A stretch of 64,000 bases of DNA, from the NCBI GenBank assembly GCA_012026655.1, contig JAAILG010000587.1, forward strand, positions 1 through 64,000, given 5' to 3'. Below, piece by piece: positions 40,620-54,289 of this stretch; position 1 is the stretch's first letter, and the number at the start of each line of letters is the position of its first letter. A program made the translations under genes and the position numbers. This DNA comes from Hydrolagus affinis (Eukaryota). Below the pieces are notes generated by a model. The model had not been told where the DNA came from, ran no database searches, and saw only the letters and a list, made by a program, of their open reading frames with translations.

Positions 40620-40775
40620 AACATCAAGCTGTTTCTTTAAAGTGTTCATTGTCCTGGCTCACCCATCCTGTCTGGTAACCTGTTCAAGTTTTAATTATCT
40701 TCTGTGTAAATAAATATTTTCTACTGTTCTGAAATTGCCCTTTGCAACCCTCAAACTCCGCTTCTGGTTCTACTG
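40620..40775 (-). mobile_element. Decayed CR1 ORF2 C-terminal fragment
   Basis: The reverse complement resembles the R..FFTQR....WN.LP....FK segment seen intact at 54595-54690. Confidence 0.5.
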
Positions 40776-41857
40776 CCTATAACACCAATTCGCATTAAGG
40801 AAGTATGTACTAAGTATGTATTAAGCAAGCGACTTGAATTAACTTGTCTTGATGGGAAAGAACTAATGCTAAATTACACGCTTCAAAGGGAATATATCTT
40901 ATTCTTCAAAAAGAAAATCATTTATTATTTACTAATGTGCAATTCCTTGCGGTCTTCTGTATTGTTCCGAATGATCACAATGGTGGCACACAACATTTTC
41001 AATATAATTGCCGTAATTACTTAATTATTGACGCGCAAATTAAAGTTCTTGATAAATAACAATGGTAAATTCATTACTTTTTTTTACAGAAAGTTTCATG
41101 CATTGATCAAGTAATGAAATGTTCTTGTTCAACAAAGTGCTCTCTAAGTTACAACTGCTTCCTTTCTTCCCGCTCCTATTGATTTCTACAGGTCGATTCA
41201 AAGAACTGTTTTTACAGCAAAGCTTGACTTTTTTGTTGCACTGTTCAATGCTTCTCATCCCTATCCAAATACGATCAAAGAACTTCTCAATTATACAATA
41301 ACACTGAAGGATTTTTCACTGCAGGAAGAAACATTGATAGGTTTGTCAGAAGGTACCAAGGCTATGGAAAATACTTTCCTAACGTACAGTTTAGTTTTAT
41401 CAAACAAAAGCAAAAGCACCTTTAGATGATCTGCAATCTTTCTTGAAGTTATCGTATACAGAAAGATAATTTGATGTACCAAACATAGTCTTTCTCTTTG
41501 ATTCCTATTTCCAACATGCTTAAAAGTTCTCAGTGTGATTTTTTCGGTAACAGCATCCTGAAGTGCTGTGACCTAAGGATGTGGCCTGCACTGAAGATCC
41601 CCAATTCATCTTAGGTTTCTTGTCAGACTTGTGAATCCAGCTTGGTTTGCAAAATTGTTAGACTCAAAGGCTCAGTGTCAGCCTCAGGCTAGGTTATGAT
41701 GGGTTTCAGGTTGAATTGTCTACCAAAATACCTTGTTCAGATTCACCCAGGAAAAAAAAGCTCTATTGAGCAAGTCACTGGAGTGCCGTGAAGAGAGAAA
41801 GGCAGAACACTGGATTTGTTTTTTAGAAGGGAAAGGACACAATGGTATAGAAGTTAC

Positions 41858-42370
41858 ATCTTCCCTCTTGTCCCCCCTTTCTCCCTGATTTTGCCCCCTA
41901 CCCACCTTTCCCTCCCTCTCTCCTTTGCCCCCCTTTCTCCCCCCTCTTCCTCCTGACCTTGCTCTACACCACCTTTCCCTTCCTCTCCCCCCTTGCTCTC
42001 TTTTCCCCCTTTCTCCCCTGGACCAATTTCTGCGACTGTTTGTGGGACATTGCTGTGCGCAATTTGGCTCCTTTCGCTCACAAGTATACAGTCGGCTTTC
42101 CTGCTATCCTTCCCCCGACCCCACCCCTTGCCATCTTTTCCCCCCATTTCCCTTAATCCCACTTCCATGATTGTTTGTGGGACGTTGCTGTGTGCAATTT
42201 GGCTGCTGCGTTTCGCCCACAAATATACAGTCAATTTTTCTGCTCTTCTTCGTCCTCCGACCCCTTCCCCCCTGCTCTTGTCCATACCTAACTGTACAGC
42301 ATCTTGGGACATCCTCTCGATGTGAAAGGCGCTATATAAATGTAAGTATTGATAGATTGATTGATTTGAT
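41858..42370 (+). mobile_element. Composite element: polypyrimidine tract, two Deu-type cores and an L2-type tail
   Basis: tgtttgtgggac.ttgctgtg.gcaatttggct occurs at 42037 and 42172. Tail: ttgggacatcctctcgatgtgaaaggcgctatataaatg then (GATT)n. Confidence 0.75.
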
Positions 42371-42900
42371 TGTAGGTATTACTATGTCTAAAATATCCTG
42401 TGTGCAGTTACAGCCCAATTATTGCTGATAGCAAAATTGGAACTAAATTTGTGACATTTCAACACATTCAATGCGATTTTCACACCAAAACACCTCCCAT
42501 AAGAATAACAAATTTGCTTTGCTTCACAAGTTTAAGGATGATGCTTAACTGCAGACATTTTTCTGGACATCTGTAAGAGATATCTCTTTGCACTGATGTT
42601 CTGGTGTGTAAGTATACAGTAATGCAGTATACAGTATTATTTTTCATTCATTAATCTAATATTTTTTTTTGGGTGGGGAGTCAGTCAAGTGTCTGACACA
42701 TATGGAAACTCACCACCATGATTGAGAGTATCCTAGCCAAGCTGACATTTCTGAGATGGCTGTGCAGCTGGATTCCATACTGCTCTGCGATTTCTCTTCA
42801 AATTGTCGGCACTTGACTGTCTGGAAGGTAAATCCATTTACTTCCAATAAACGTGGGAATGTAGGTCAAATTGATTTCCTTTGTTTTATTCAATCGGCAG

Positions 42901-43158
42901 GTGCGTCTTCTGAAAGCATTGACTTGCTCCCTGCTCCATTTGGTTTGTCAAACTGGACGGCTGGATTGCTAACAGATAATGGGCAAGATAGCGACCTGAT
43001 CTTCAGGTTCGATGGCAAACATGCAGCAAGGATTCCAGAAGGCGTGATGCCCAAGAATCTCTCCAATCATTTTACCATCACCACGTGGATGCGACATGGG
43101 CCCAGCCCGGGACTGAGAGTGGAGAAGGAAACGATTCTCTGCAACTCTGATAAAACAG
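42901..43158 (+). CDS. CLSTN2: CLSTN2 exon 7 equivalent (start of LNS/LamG region)
   Basis: cggcag|GTGCGTC...AAAACAG|gtaata. Encodes GASSESIDLLPAPFGLSNWTAGLLTDNGQDSDLIFRFDG...WMRHGPSPGLRVEKETILCNSDKT. Confidence 0.96.
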
Positions 43159-43592
43159 GTAATAAGGGAAATGCAATATATGATCCACAGCCCCGGCAAT
43201 TATGAGAGGAATCTATCGTGATCCTGTCAATTGATACTGAGCGACACTTGTAGAAATGAATGGATGTTAGATTCAGCCCCATTTTGGCTACTTTCTATAG
43301 TCCCATTTGTTGCTATAATCTGCTTGCAGTCTGAATCAACCTAACTCATGCTGGAGCACATGAGGAAGAATACCTGACTAAACTAACAGGAGGTGTTCAC
43401 CTCATTCTATTCATTACCAATAGGTGATCTTCTCCTATCTCCAACACTTCAGTTTCCCAACCCTTACACCTCCTTATCTCAACAGTTACACCCCCTTTCC
43501 TGTCTCTTACATTCCCATTCTTCCCACCCCTCTTCCTGTTCTCACCATGTTTATAATCCGCACAAGCCACCCATTCCCATCACCTGTACCAC

Positions 43593-44303
43593 CAACAAGA
43601 ACAAAATTACACTTGTATAGCGCCTTTCACGTCAGGAGGACGTTCCAAAGTGCTGGATGAGTCGGTGGATGGGGGCGTGGTGCAGGCCAGAGCATGCTGA
43701 GTGGAGGGGGCAGGCAGATTGGCAAGGGGTTAGCAGGTCATGGAAGTTAGGTTGGGCGAGGTTGAAAAGGCAGAGCAACTCATTGCTTGGATGTAGGGGA
43801 GGAAAGACAGTTGAGAGTCAAACAAGACACCTAGATTCCTGACTGGCTTGGTGTGGTCGAGTGAGCAACTATGGAGGTTGATGCTGCCAGCACCTGATGC
43901 ATGAAGGCGCTGGCACGAGCCAATCAGTAGGACCTCTGTCTTGTTGACATTCAACTGTAGAAAGTTAGCTCTATTCTAGGACTTGATGTTTGGCAGATAG
44001 TTTGTCAAGACAGTAATAGTCCTGGAGTCGAGGGTAGAGGCAGAGAGGTAAAGTTGGGTGTCATCCACATGCATATGGAAGTTAACACCATGTCTGCGGA
44101 TGATGTCAGCAAGTGGGATCATGTAAATGTTGAAAAGTAAGGGACCAAGGACAGAGCCCTGGGGGATGCCACAGGTGACAGTGCTGGGGCTATAAGAGAA
44201 GCCGTTACTGGTGACAAAGTGTAGACGATGGGAGAGATAGGAGTTGAACTAGGCGAGTGCAGGTCCGCGGAGATTGAGGAGGGAGGAGAGGTGGTGTAGG
44301 AGG
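43593..44303 (-). mobile_element. L2 LINE fragment with RT remnant, internally deleted
   Basis: The minus strand gives frameshifted G(I)[33 protein letters not shown] and RNLGVLFDSQLSF, plus the 3' tail at 43593-43655. Confidence 0.9.
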
Positions 44304-45074
44304 ATTTGTATTTCTTTGTATATCTCAATTTGTATATCTTTGTACCCATGTTTTATATGTATACAACATGCATTTACCATTACAAAATATATTTGAATCT
44401 GGAAAATTTTATTTTCTCTCTGAAAATAATTGTTCTATTCTTTTTTTGTTAAATAATTGAAAATCAGCCACTCAGCGTGATAATGTATACCAAGGGCATC
44501 AGACGGAATTGGTTTGTTGAGTGTGTATTTAATATAAATCTGTTCTGATAGAGTGACACAAAGGAATGCAAACTGCATTAGAACACATATAATCATGACA
44601 GCTGATTGCGCGAATTAAAGATTGAGGTGAAGAGAGTCTCCACCCAATGTTAATGTGTTTCAACTCTTTCAATTTTCTTAACAGTCTGTTGACTTGTCAT
44701 TGTATTTAATGAATAGGCAATGTTTTCATTTTCCAAAATGAAGCATCTGATTGAAGGTGTCACCTATCGTAGATTAGAAACATAAATCTCCATTATTTCA
44801 TATTTGTTGAAAACGCAGTCACACGCACTTTCTATTCTCTCCACGTCTCAACCTCCAAAATCTTAGAGAAGGTTTGTCCTCTTGGATTGAGTTATGCTTA
44901 GCTGACTATCAAAATGTTGGATTATTTATTGTAATTAATTCCAAATTATACCATTAGGTAGACTCCTATTGTATTTCTAATTGATGTATTCTGAAGGATG
45001 CAACAATAAGGGAATATCAAACACAATATGATGGATTGAACATGAAAGGACTGTTTCCATTTTTGTCTTTTCAG

Positions 45075-45196
45075 AAATGAATCGCCATCATTATGCGCTG
45101 TATGTCCACAACTGCCGCTTAGTGTTCTTGCTTCGTAGGGATTTCGACCAGATTGACACTTTCCGACCAGCCGAGTTTCATTGGAAACTGGAGCAG
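45075..45196 (+). CDS. CLSTN2: CLSTN2 exon 8 equivalent (LNS domain)
   Basis: ttttcag|AAATGAAT...GAGCAG|gtgagc. Encodes EMNRHHYALYVHNCRLVFLLRRDFDQIDTFRPAEFHWKLEQ. Confidence 0.96.
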
Positions 45197-48100
45197 GTGA
45201 GCTATTGATTGATTATCTGTGTCTAGAGAGGAAAAAAGAGATAGCTATAGACGATTTGGAATCCGGCAGAACAAATTATTTTAATCATAAAAAGACCTTG
45301 ACATGTTGAGAAGCCATTGTATTGTCTTTTTTGTGCAGAACATCAGGCAAGATTTCCTCAAACTGCGTTTTCTAAACAGAAATTGATCGAGATACATGAG
45401 CACATATTCCTGAACACTAATGACATACGGTACTTCCTGAATGTTTCAAGGGTACAGTAAATATTCGCTTTTGAAATCACCGGTTAACAGTTTGTAGCAG
45501 AAACCTCTCTTCCTAACTGTGAATAATGGAGTCTATTGTGTAATTTCCACTGCCACCCTGCTTGATATCTACTAACTTAGCTCAAATTAGTGAGCTAAGG
45601 GTCCCAGAAGTGAAAGGATGGTGTGGTGCACAGTCCAATGCTTTGGTTTATATTTATTTAACATGTGCTTAACTTTTTCCAAGGCATTTTGTTTTGCCTA
45701 TAATACCTTATGTTATATTATCCACTCTTTTAATCTTGCACTGTATACAACATAACCCATCCAAACCAGGACACTATGTACCAGGCCATTACCTGAGCCA
45801 CGGGGAATATTCAGTCAACCTTCCTCATCAGGCTGTGATGTGGTGGCTTTGGCCCTTTATCACCTTTAGACTCAACTCATGAGTTTATATGTCTAGAATA
45901 ATGGATGTGACACAGTTTCCCCCACCGTTTGTCACTCTACGCTCTGCAAGCATGAAGCAGCCTTTCCTTTAAATTGGATTCTGCGATTCTGTAAGTCAGT
46001 GGGACTACATTACTCTGCTACTAATTACTTTATGGATCCCCGGTGAGAATTTTCAAAGCAGAAAGCGCTTTACATAAAAAGTGGTCAGCGGCAGTCTGAA
46101 GATTTCATTAATGCAAGAATGTAAAATAACATTTTATGTCAGCCTATATTTCAGTATTCTGATTACTATCATTTTGTTAACTTCTGAAATAATTGCTTAT
46201 TGTGCTTGTTTGTGGCGCAGATTTATCTACTGCAGTCATTTTGCTGTGTGCTCCTGCCTTAGGCTAGGTTATGCACTCAAACACAACACCAGGGTTGTTA
46301 CTTTACATTCATGAGCTTTACAGATAAAGCTGTAATCATTATTTCACTGTGACTTACAATGTTTTATCTAGTGGCCGTTTGTTGAGTATATATGAATGAA
46401 AGCTATTGACTGCATTTACGTATTGGAAGTTTTGGAAAGCTCATGTAACTAGTTTGATACATAAAATATCACTTTGCACTGTTTTGTTTAGGCAAATATT
46501 GTCTCGTGTGGTTATTTTTTCCCCCAAAGACTTGCTGGGATTACATGGAGATGCACAGCCAGTCCCATCATAGCCAAATAACCTCCTTCTGTGCTTTAAA
46601 CATTGTGTGTCAGTCTATGATAAAGCGCAGTTTCACCTTTGTTTTCAGACTGAGGATTAGCTTCACTGCCAAGAAGTTGTTTCATGCTGTTGAATTGGGG
46701 GTGGGCTGGTAGGTTGGTCCTTGACTCACAACATGAGAGGGATTGTATTTAATCTGTTACTATTGTGGATTAATTTGACAGTTGGCAGTATTACGGTATT
46801 GCCAATTTCCCTGGTAATTAATTGGTGGCCGATTCATAGCTTGTGCACACGCCCAGTTTGGCCAAGACGCACCCTCAGTTTATAGCTATTGAAGTAGTTG
46901 TTTATTGTGGCTGCCAGAAAATATTTTGACTTTTGATTCATATTGGTTGTCGCCTCTCTGAAAACAATTGAGAATTAGATATCTTTCTAAATTCTTACAG
47001 TGTGTTGTTCTTCCTGTATTAGCAGCGAGGTTTGATATGGTTAGGCACAGCTATCTTGATAACTGCTGGCATTGTATGTTGCTACAGGACTAGGCTGCCT
47101 CCCACCACACACACATACACTGATTTTCTGCTGTTCACTGGCGCTATCTCCAGAAGATGGACCAATTTATTATTGTGAATTGCTCCATCTGCTGGGCAAC
47201 TGAAAGCACACAAGTCAATCAACAAGGAGCAAATTGAATGACTGACAGATCTTTCTGGACTGAGCTGGTATTTATAGTGAAAATCACTTCATTTTGTAAA
47301 TGATGGGATATTAAGCAAAATATACTTAACAAAAGGAAGCGTAGTCTGCAATAACACTTTTGTATGTAGAATCCTTTCACTCTCGAGAATAGCAAGTGGC
47401 GTATTGAAAATTTAATATGGGATTTAAATTTTCTTCAGTTTTCCTATAAATAGAGACTTGATATCCCATGTGGGCCATTTCCCTTTGTTCAGTAATAAGC
47501 AGCAGAATTATTTTTGCTTTTATTGTGGAAGAGCAAGCAAACATGTGATGTAAAAGTATCAGCAATTCAAAGGCATTCTTTACTCAAAGACTTAGTCTGC
47601 TAAAACATTTTTAGGTTAATTAATGACAAAAAATATCAGTCAATGTATTGAATGAAAATTGCCGCTTTAATTCCCCATCCCTTTTTTTTAAAATGGTCCA
47701 ATTTCCAATTAGGATTTTGTTCCCTCGAATTCTGGTACACTGCTTTTATAGGCATTTTTTGTCTTTTTGTGGAAACAAATTCTATATACGTTTGAGAAAG
47801 AAGACACCAATGATTTACAGCATGAGTCTGAAATGGTAATAATAGCTGGATTAATAAGAGTAGTGCAAAAAGCAGAATCTCGGGGGAAATGTCACATGAT
47901 TTTGCAAGGCAGTAAATGAATCAAACTCAGGCAGTTGTAGGTGTAGACTGGAGTAAGATTCAGAGTATTAAACTGCATGGAATCAGAGATCTAATTAGTC
48001 AATTTCAGCTTCGAGGACTGGGGCCTGGGAGATTAAAATCACTGTGCTGTTCACATGCTCCTCACAGTGAAATGGTTGAACTGCTTTGTCAAAGCCATCT

Positions 48101-49856
48101 AGGATAATGCAGAATTTGTTGCTTGTATTTATTTGACCTAAAAAGCATAAATTTAACTCTATCCCCATGAACAAAACACCAATGAAAAATGTACGCTTAC
48201 ACCTCAAAATGTTCAACGTAAACACAAGTAAAAATGCAATGCTGTAGTTTGAATTTACTGAATCAAGCTTTGTGGGCATTTTGAAAGTTATGTTAAATGC
48301 AATAAAGATAATTACAAGCAATCGCTTTACCGGATTATAGGGTAAAAGTTCATCCTGATAAAGCGGTCCCTTCATTTTCTCAGAGCAAGTCTTGTCATTC
48401 AGTCATTTGTAAATGAGACATCAAAGCAAACTCACTGTGGAGAGATATGCATAAATAACACTGGAAGTAATTAAATGAAGCCTTCAAATTTAGTGCGTGT
48501 GTTTTTTTCTCTCTCTCATAGATCACTCTGAAAATGGGAACATTTACCTTTGATGCACTGAATTTTAAAATTTCATTTCCATAAAAGATGAAATTCATGA
48601 AATAACAATCGATTGTATTAACAATCTTTTTTATATGGGTACTTAATATGTGTTGTGCTAACCACCACCACAACAATAACAACTTGTACTTACTTATATA
48701 GTGCCCTCCACATTGGGTAACGTCTCAGAGAAACAGTGTAGGAGTCAAGCTCCGAACATGGACATATTAAAAGCCCCCCCCAAAAAATTATTCAGCAAAA
48801 AGAAAAGAATCATCTCCAAGGGACTATTGAAGGCACCATGCCAAGGAACCAGGCTGTTGACATAGCGATCATGCAGCTGGCTTCAAACTGCCTGGATAAT
48901 GTCAATGCGGTTTTGCACTTCAGTGGGAATTCTGCACCAAAAGGACCTCAGTCGTAAGACTGTGAAAAAGTAAACTCTATTCTGAAGTATTTTTTTTTAA
49001 AAACTAATGGATGGGTTAATTTAGCAGAAGATATTTAAACAGCATTTTTTTTACACATCAGAAGTATTCTTGCAGCATTGATGCAGATGTATCAATATAC
49101 TGTATATTAAAATACATACTTATGTACTCTATGCAATATCCTGAATATGCAATGTGAGATCAGGATGCACAAGAGAATATGCTGGTGAACACGTTCCATG
49201 AATACAGAGGTATCATCATTGGCAAGCATCGCATAGAGGCCATCCACATATCCACAGGGAGGGCAAATCAGATACAGAATCACTTGAAACATGCAATTCC
49301 TAACAGCTTCTTGCACAGTAGCATTCACAGGTTGTATGCAAGACAACTGTCTGAATCTGCTTGCTGGGTGAGACCTAAAGGGACAAAGACATTTTGAGTG
49401 GCAAATGTAGCTTATTTGGGGAGCTCCGTCAATCATCTTGACTTGTATTAATGGAACAGACGAGCTGTATTCTGTTATTTTAATTCATTTCTTTTGTTGA
49501 TCTGTTGGACTCGCAATCTTCCAAAATCTTCAGTTTCTCCTACAAATCTACAGTTTGTTGCAGCTTGAACCTGGTTTGACCTCAGGCTCAAATTTATTTT
49601 GGGGGGAGGAGGAGTTTTTCCACCTCCATTCCTCCCCCCTCATCATCTGGGGACACAAGGTGTATCTCCTGATTACTGTGTGGTAATTGCTATTTAGAAA
49701 TTTTTGATAGTTACAATGTTCTTGCAGTCAGGAGGATGGATTACTCTGCGTATCACAATAAACAAGGATTCAATTTTTTATCTAATATTTATCTTGTTTG
49801 TGTGGGCCACACTGATATCTATTTTATATCTAGCTTTTATTTTTTTATGAGCTGAC

Positions 49857-49887
<31 letters not shown>

Positions 49888-49908
49888 CATTGGTTCATTG
49901 GTTCATTG
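49857..49908. repeat. (GATT)n microsatellite grading into (TTCATTGG)n
   Basis: attgattgattgattg...gattcattggttcattggttcattg. Confidence 0.88.
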
Positions 49909-50407
49909 TCCATTTTGTGAGGCAGACATTGTAAACATGACCATTTAACTGAAGCCCAGACACTGCTGTTGTGAATGTTTTTCTCTTGAAAACAGTAATT
50001 TCAATTTTAATAACCTGCTGTAGTAGGAAAAAAGATGTAGGAGGATTAGCGAGTTCTATTGATTCCAACATTGTTACATTTTCAAATTAGCCTCCTGAGT
50101 GTAGATTAATGGACACTCTTGTCACGTTTGGCTGTAAGCTGTCTCTTAGTGTATGTCCTTCATGTGAAAGTGAGAAGGCAAGTGTACAACACATAATTAC
50201 AAGCTGAATGTAATGCAAAACTAGCCTTCAGCTGGAATGTCTTTCATCTCCTTTCAGGCATTACTCTTGAGTTTCTTTTAACATGTTAGCCTGAGGCTGT
50301 ATCACCTTTCAGGCCACCTGTAAAATGTGTTGCTCAGATCACAGATCGTACAATGGATGAGCAGCATGTTCCTCGTCCTATCAGTAAAATATTGCTTGTC
50401 TTAAGGC

Positions 50408-50525
50408 ATAGACATAGAATTACTTAGACTTTACAGCACAGAAACAGGCCATTCGGCGCAAGTAGTCTTTGCCAGTGTTTATATTCCACATGAGCCTTCT
50501 CATCCCTTCTGCCTATCCGCTCCCC
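50408..50525 (-). mobile_element. CR1-like 3' end fragment
   Basis: catagacatagaat...tacagcacagaaacaggccattcggc...gccagtgtttatattccacatgagcct. Confidence 0.65.
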
Positions 50526-52276
50526 TCCATCTATCAGGCCAGTCTCTGTCAGGTTGTGGTTAGTTAATAAAACATATTTCCACTGTGGTATATTTCATGC
50601 CCATTCCCTCTTCCCTCATAGAGCGCTTTGTATGTATAGCTAAGCCACTTGGCTGCCCCAAATTTGGTCAAATGACAAAGATGAACATGTTTGAAAGCCA
50701 GGAAACTTTGATTCCTGTTTGTCCCCAATGGGTGAAATGGTCCAACTCTTGAATGTCAGTGTTCAAATTCTTGGTTCTGTAATCAAGACATTTTACGAAC
50801 ACAAAGGCTCATTGCTTACCTCTTTTGTCACTCGTACAGTTGCAAACATTTCCTAATTACACACTTTCAAATCAAAAGTTAAAGGATTCTGTTGTGAAAG
50901 TAGTTAACCTTGTAGATATGCTTTATTCCTTAGAAATTCTATGTAAAGTAAGTAATGTTTCAACTAAATACCCACAGGAAATAATAACGAACTTCTTTGC
51001 TTTTGAACACTTCCATTGTCATTTCCAGCAACTCTGGGAGCTGTACAAGCCAAACCAATCTCAGGGGTACAGAGCTTTTACATATTTAGTGTTCTAACAT
51101 TGTGGCAAATCATGCCATAGCACCTTGTTGGTCTCGCCTCTCTGACATTAAATCTAGAGTTCTGAATAGAAAATTGAATGTCAGATGGTATCAAACTGAG
51201 CGGCTTTGTTCCTTGAGCATCAAACGAATGCAGGAAATAATCAGAGAATGACATCTTTTGTTAAAAACTTTTTTTTCTCTCTTGGTGACTGGTTTGTTTT
51301 GTGAAGAAATGCATTGTTTTTACAACCAGGAATTGCAGGCACTGATACCCAAACAATTCAAATCATGTGCAAATACAGCAGCTCCCTGGCTGAGCTGTAA
51401 AATGGGTATAACTGCTATACTACTGTAGGCATTTTTTTTAAATGTAAGAGATTCAGGAGCCTACGAACTCGGGGAATTTTTTTTCAGTTTCCAACAAGGT
51501 GATAAATAGCAGTTTTGCATGTAAGAGATTTTTTAAAAACTCAAATGACAGCATTAAATATATGTTGGGTTAGATGTAGGCTTGATTGTTTGCAGTATTT
51601 TATTTCTTCACCGTTCACTGGTGCTGTTCATAGGTCTCAGAATTGGTAGAGCACACAGCTAGCTCCCCATCGTATTAAATCATTAATGAAGTGCCCTTCG
51701 AGCAGAAATGAAACCCATACATTTTTTGGGGGCTTGTTGCAATTCTTTTGCAAGTAAGATTTATAAGATTGCATTTTGAAAATTTACAATTCAAATCATT
51801 TCCTTATCATATCCTAGGCACAATGGGACAAGAGCTTGCTGTTTCCTTTGTGTGAACAGCCAGTAAACTGTAAACAGCCCCAGTTTACCTCCTCTTTTTG
51901 GAGGTAAACAGTTGGCTGCCACAGTCATGTTTACTGAATCATTTCACTGTACGAAATTGGTGTAATGGTACTCCAATGCGCAGGTTAATACCCTATTTAA
52001 CTGCGTCTGAAGGCAGTGATGTTGACAAGCTAAAAATTCATGCGGTGGTGTACCTTCCAAATGGAGTTCTGACTTCTTGTGGTGACTCCTTTGGGTCTTC
52101 AACTCACCTCAACTGATGGACAACAGACTTGACAAGGGTAAAGTTTACTGCGGTGTTTTTGGCCACTGTGTTTCCTGCGTGAGGATGGGCTTTGTATTGT
52201 AATGAAAGGTATTTTGGCCATTGGGCATGATTATTGTGTGATCACAGGCAATGCCCTGTTCAAACACATTTGTTGA

Positions 52277-52344
52277 CAACAACAACAAAATTACACTTGT
52301 ATAGTGTAGCGCCTTTCATGTCAGGAGGACATCCCAAGGCACTG
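52277..52344 (-). mobile_element. L2 3' tail fragment
   Basis: acaacaacaacaaaattacacttgtatag...cgcctttcatgtcaggaggacatcccaaggcactg. Confidence 0.78.
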
Positions 52345-53579
52345 ACCCCATATGTTTATTTAGCAGATGGCCAGAGGTGGCATTACTGCTGACAGCTCAG
52401 AGCAGCTTTCAGTGCTGTTGGGGGATATATCAAATGCAAGGATTATTTGGTTTTTAAATGTATCATTGCCAAAGCTCTGTCACGGAGAACAGGCAAGGTA
52501 TGCTAAACTCTGCATCAGATTTACATATTATCTGCAACAAAATGAAAGAAAAATTCCCACACTAGTGCACCAGGCTGGTATTTGGTGGCGATATGAAGAG
52601 CATTTCAAAAGGTGTGGGCCTCAGATTTCAAATCTGCATCATTAATTCATGTTGAACAAACTCCGCAGTGGCTCAGAGATGACTTCCATGATCTGTGCCA
52701 AATGAAGACACAAATGGGTTTATTGTTATTGTAGCACTCCCGTCATCTTTTATCTTCATTTTCTGATGCAAATTAGCTGCACCATTAATCACTGGCAATT
52801 CTTCCAGTGCAGTCAATGTGCCTGTTTTGAATCCAGGATAAGTGTAGGCAGCTGTGCATTGTACATCAGTAAGATACAAGAATTTTTCTATGGAGCGACA
52901 TCGCTGATGAGCTGAAGAACAAAATAGTGTAATTGTCAGGTACATACCAAATGTCAAAGTACAATAAACTTTTTTTTAAATTAAAAAAATATTATTTGCT
53001 AGCATGAATGAAACCTGATTTTAAGAGGTTTGAAGAATGATGACATCCTGGTTCGTGCATCTGCTTCAAGCAGATCTTTTTTTTAGTTTGGCTTATTTCT
53101 ACAATATCTGAATTCTAGATTAAAAGGTACATAGAAAATATCAAGCTCAGTGTAGCTATTTTGGGAACAAGTGAATTTATCATTAAGTGGAGCTGGCAAT
53201 TCTTTAAAATACAATTACAGCTTGAACACCTATTGATTTATTAGAATATTAATGTCATAATAAAATTCCAGTCAATGTTCTGCCATTTATTAAAAGCAGG
53301 AAAGAGTAAGAAAGCTATTCAATAATTCAAATCAGGTACAGTATTAGCATAATGTATCTTGTATGTCATAACATAATGTGTTTTCTGAGGCCTGTAATGA
53401 CACTATAAACCATTATAAAAGGAAGGAGATGCTGCTGGATAAGTTAACACATAAGCTGAGTAATGGACTATCAAATTATTTGATGGTATCTTGGATGGTG
53501 CAAAGCATTAAAAAAATGATCAATGAATTGTCTACTTCTCAGAAGAAGTGAAACTAGTTTTTCTTCTCCTTTGTTTTAG

Positions 53580-53742
53580 ATCTGTGACAAAGAATGGCAT
53601 CACTATGTTGTTGATGTTGAATTTCCGATGGTGACTTTATATGTGGATGGGGTGGTATATGATCCATACCTGGTCACAGATGACTGGCCAATCCACCCTT
53701 CGCATATTGAGATGCAACTAACTGTTGGGGCCTGTTGGCAAG
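53580..53742 (+). CDS. CLSTN2: CLSTN2 exon 9 equivalent (LNS domain)
   Basis: gttttag|ATCTGTGAC...TGGCAAG|gtaagc. Encodes ICDKEWHHYVVDVEFPMVTLYVDGVVYDPYLVTDDWPIHPSHIEMQLTVGACWQ. Confidence 0.96.
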
Positions 53743-54289
53743 GTAAGCATTCAAACAATAGCAGATTAGTGTGAGATTCCATTGACGTAACGGCTTTACT
53801 CTCACGAAATTTGGATTGGATTAAAAGGGCTATTGCTTGCACCAATTTAAGTTTGTGGTGGAAATAGGAACAAACTGTTGATTTAAAAATAAGATAGCTG
53901 AAAACGTTAGAACATGCCCTTACACATCTGATCTCAAAGTCGTGTTGTATTTTCTACCTGAACTTCCTTTCCTGGCAAGACCACTTGGTAACAAAGGTTT
54001 ATTTCAAATACAAATCAGGACTGAACAATGAAAACCAACAACTATAACTGGTTATAAGGGAACTGCTACAGTTCTAATGATTTTAATGCACTCTCCTGTA
54101 CAATGTATTACTCTTTTTTTCTAAAAAAAAAGTGGTTATCTGTAGCATGACATGACACGACACTCGCTACATCACGCAGAATGTATACAAGGCATCGAAG
54201 CACCTCACATACTAAGACAGGTACCCTGGAGGATCAAGTATTTTTTCTGCTTCCAAGAGCCAAGTGATCTTGGTTGATTTAATGTTGGT

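Noticed and set aside
41854-42428. 152-aa Gly/Glu/Arg-rich ORF and neighbouring ORFs
   Set aside because: Artefacts of the polypyrimidine tract and SINE cores.
49107-49436. Overlapping ORFs on both strands suggesting a nested gene
   Set aside because: Short, no recognisable domain and no supporting splice structure. Consistent with chance.
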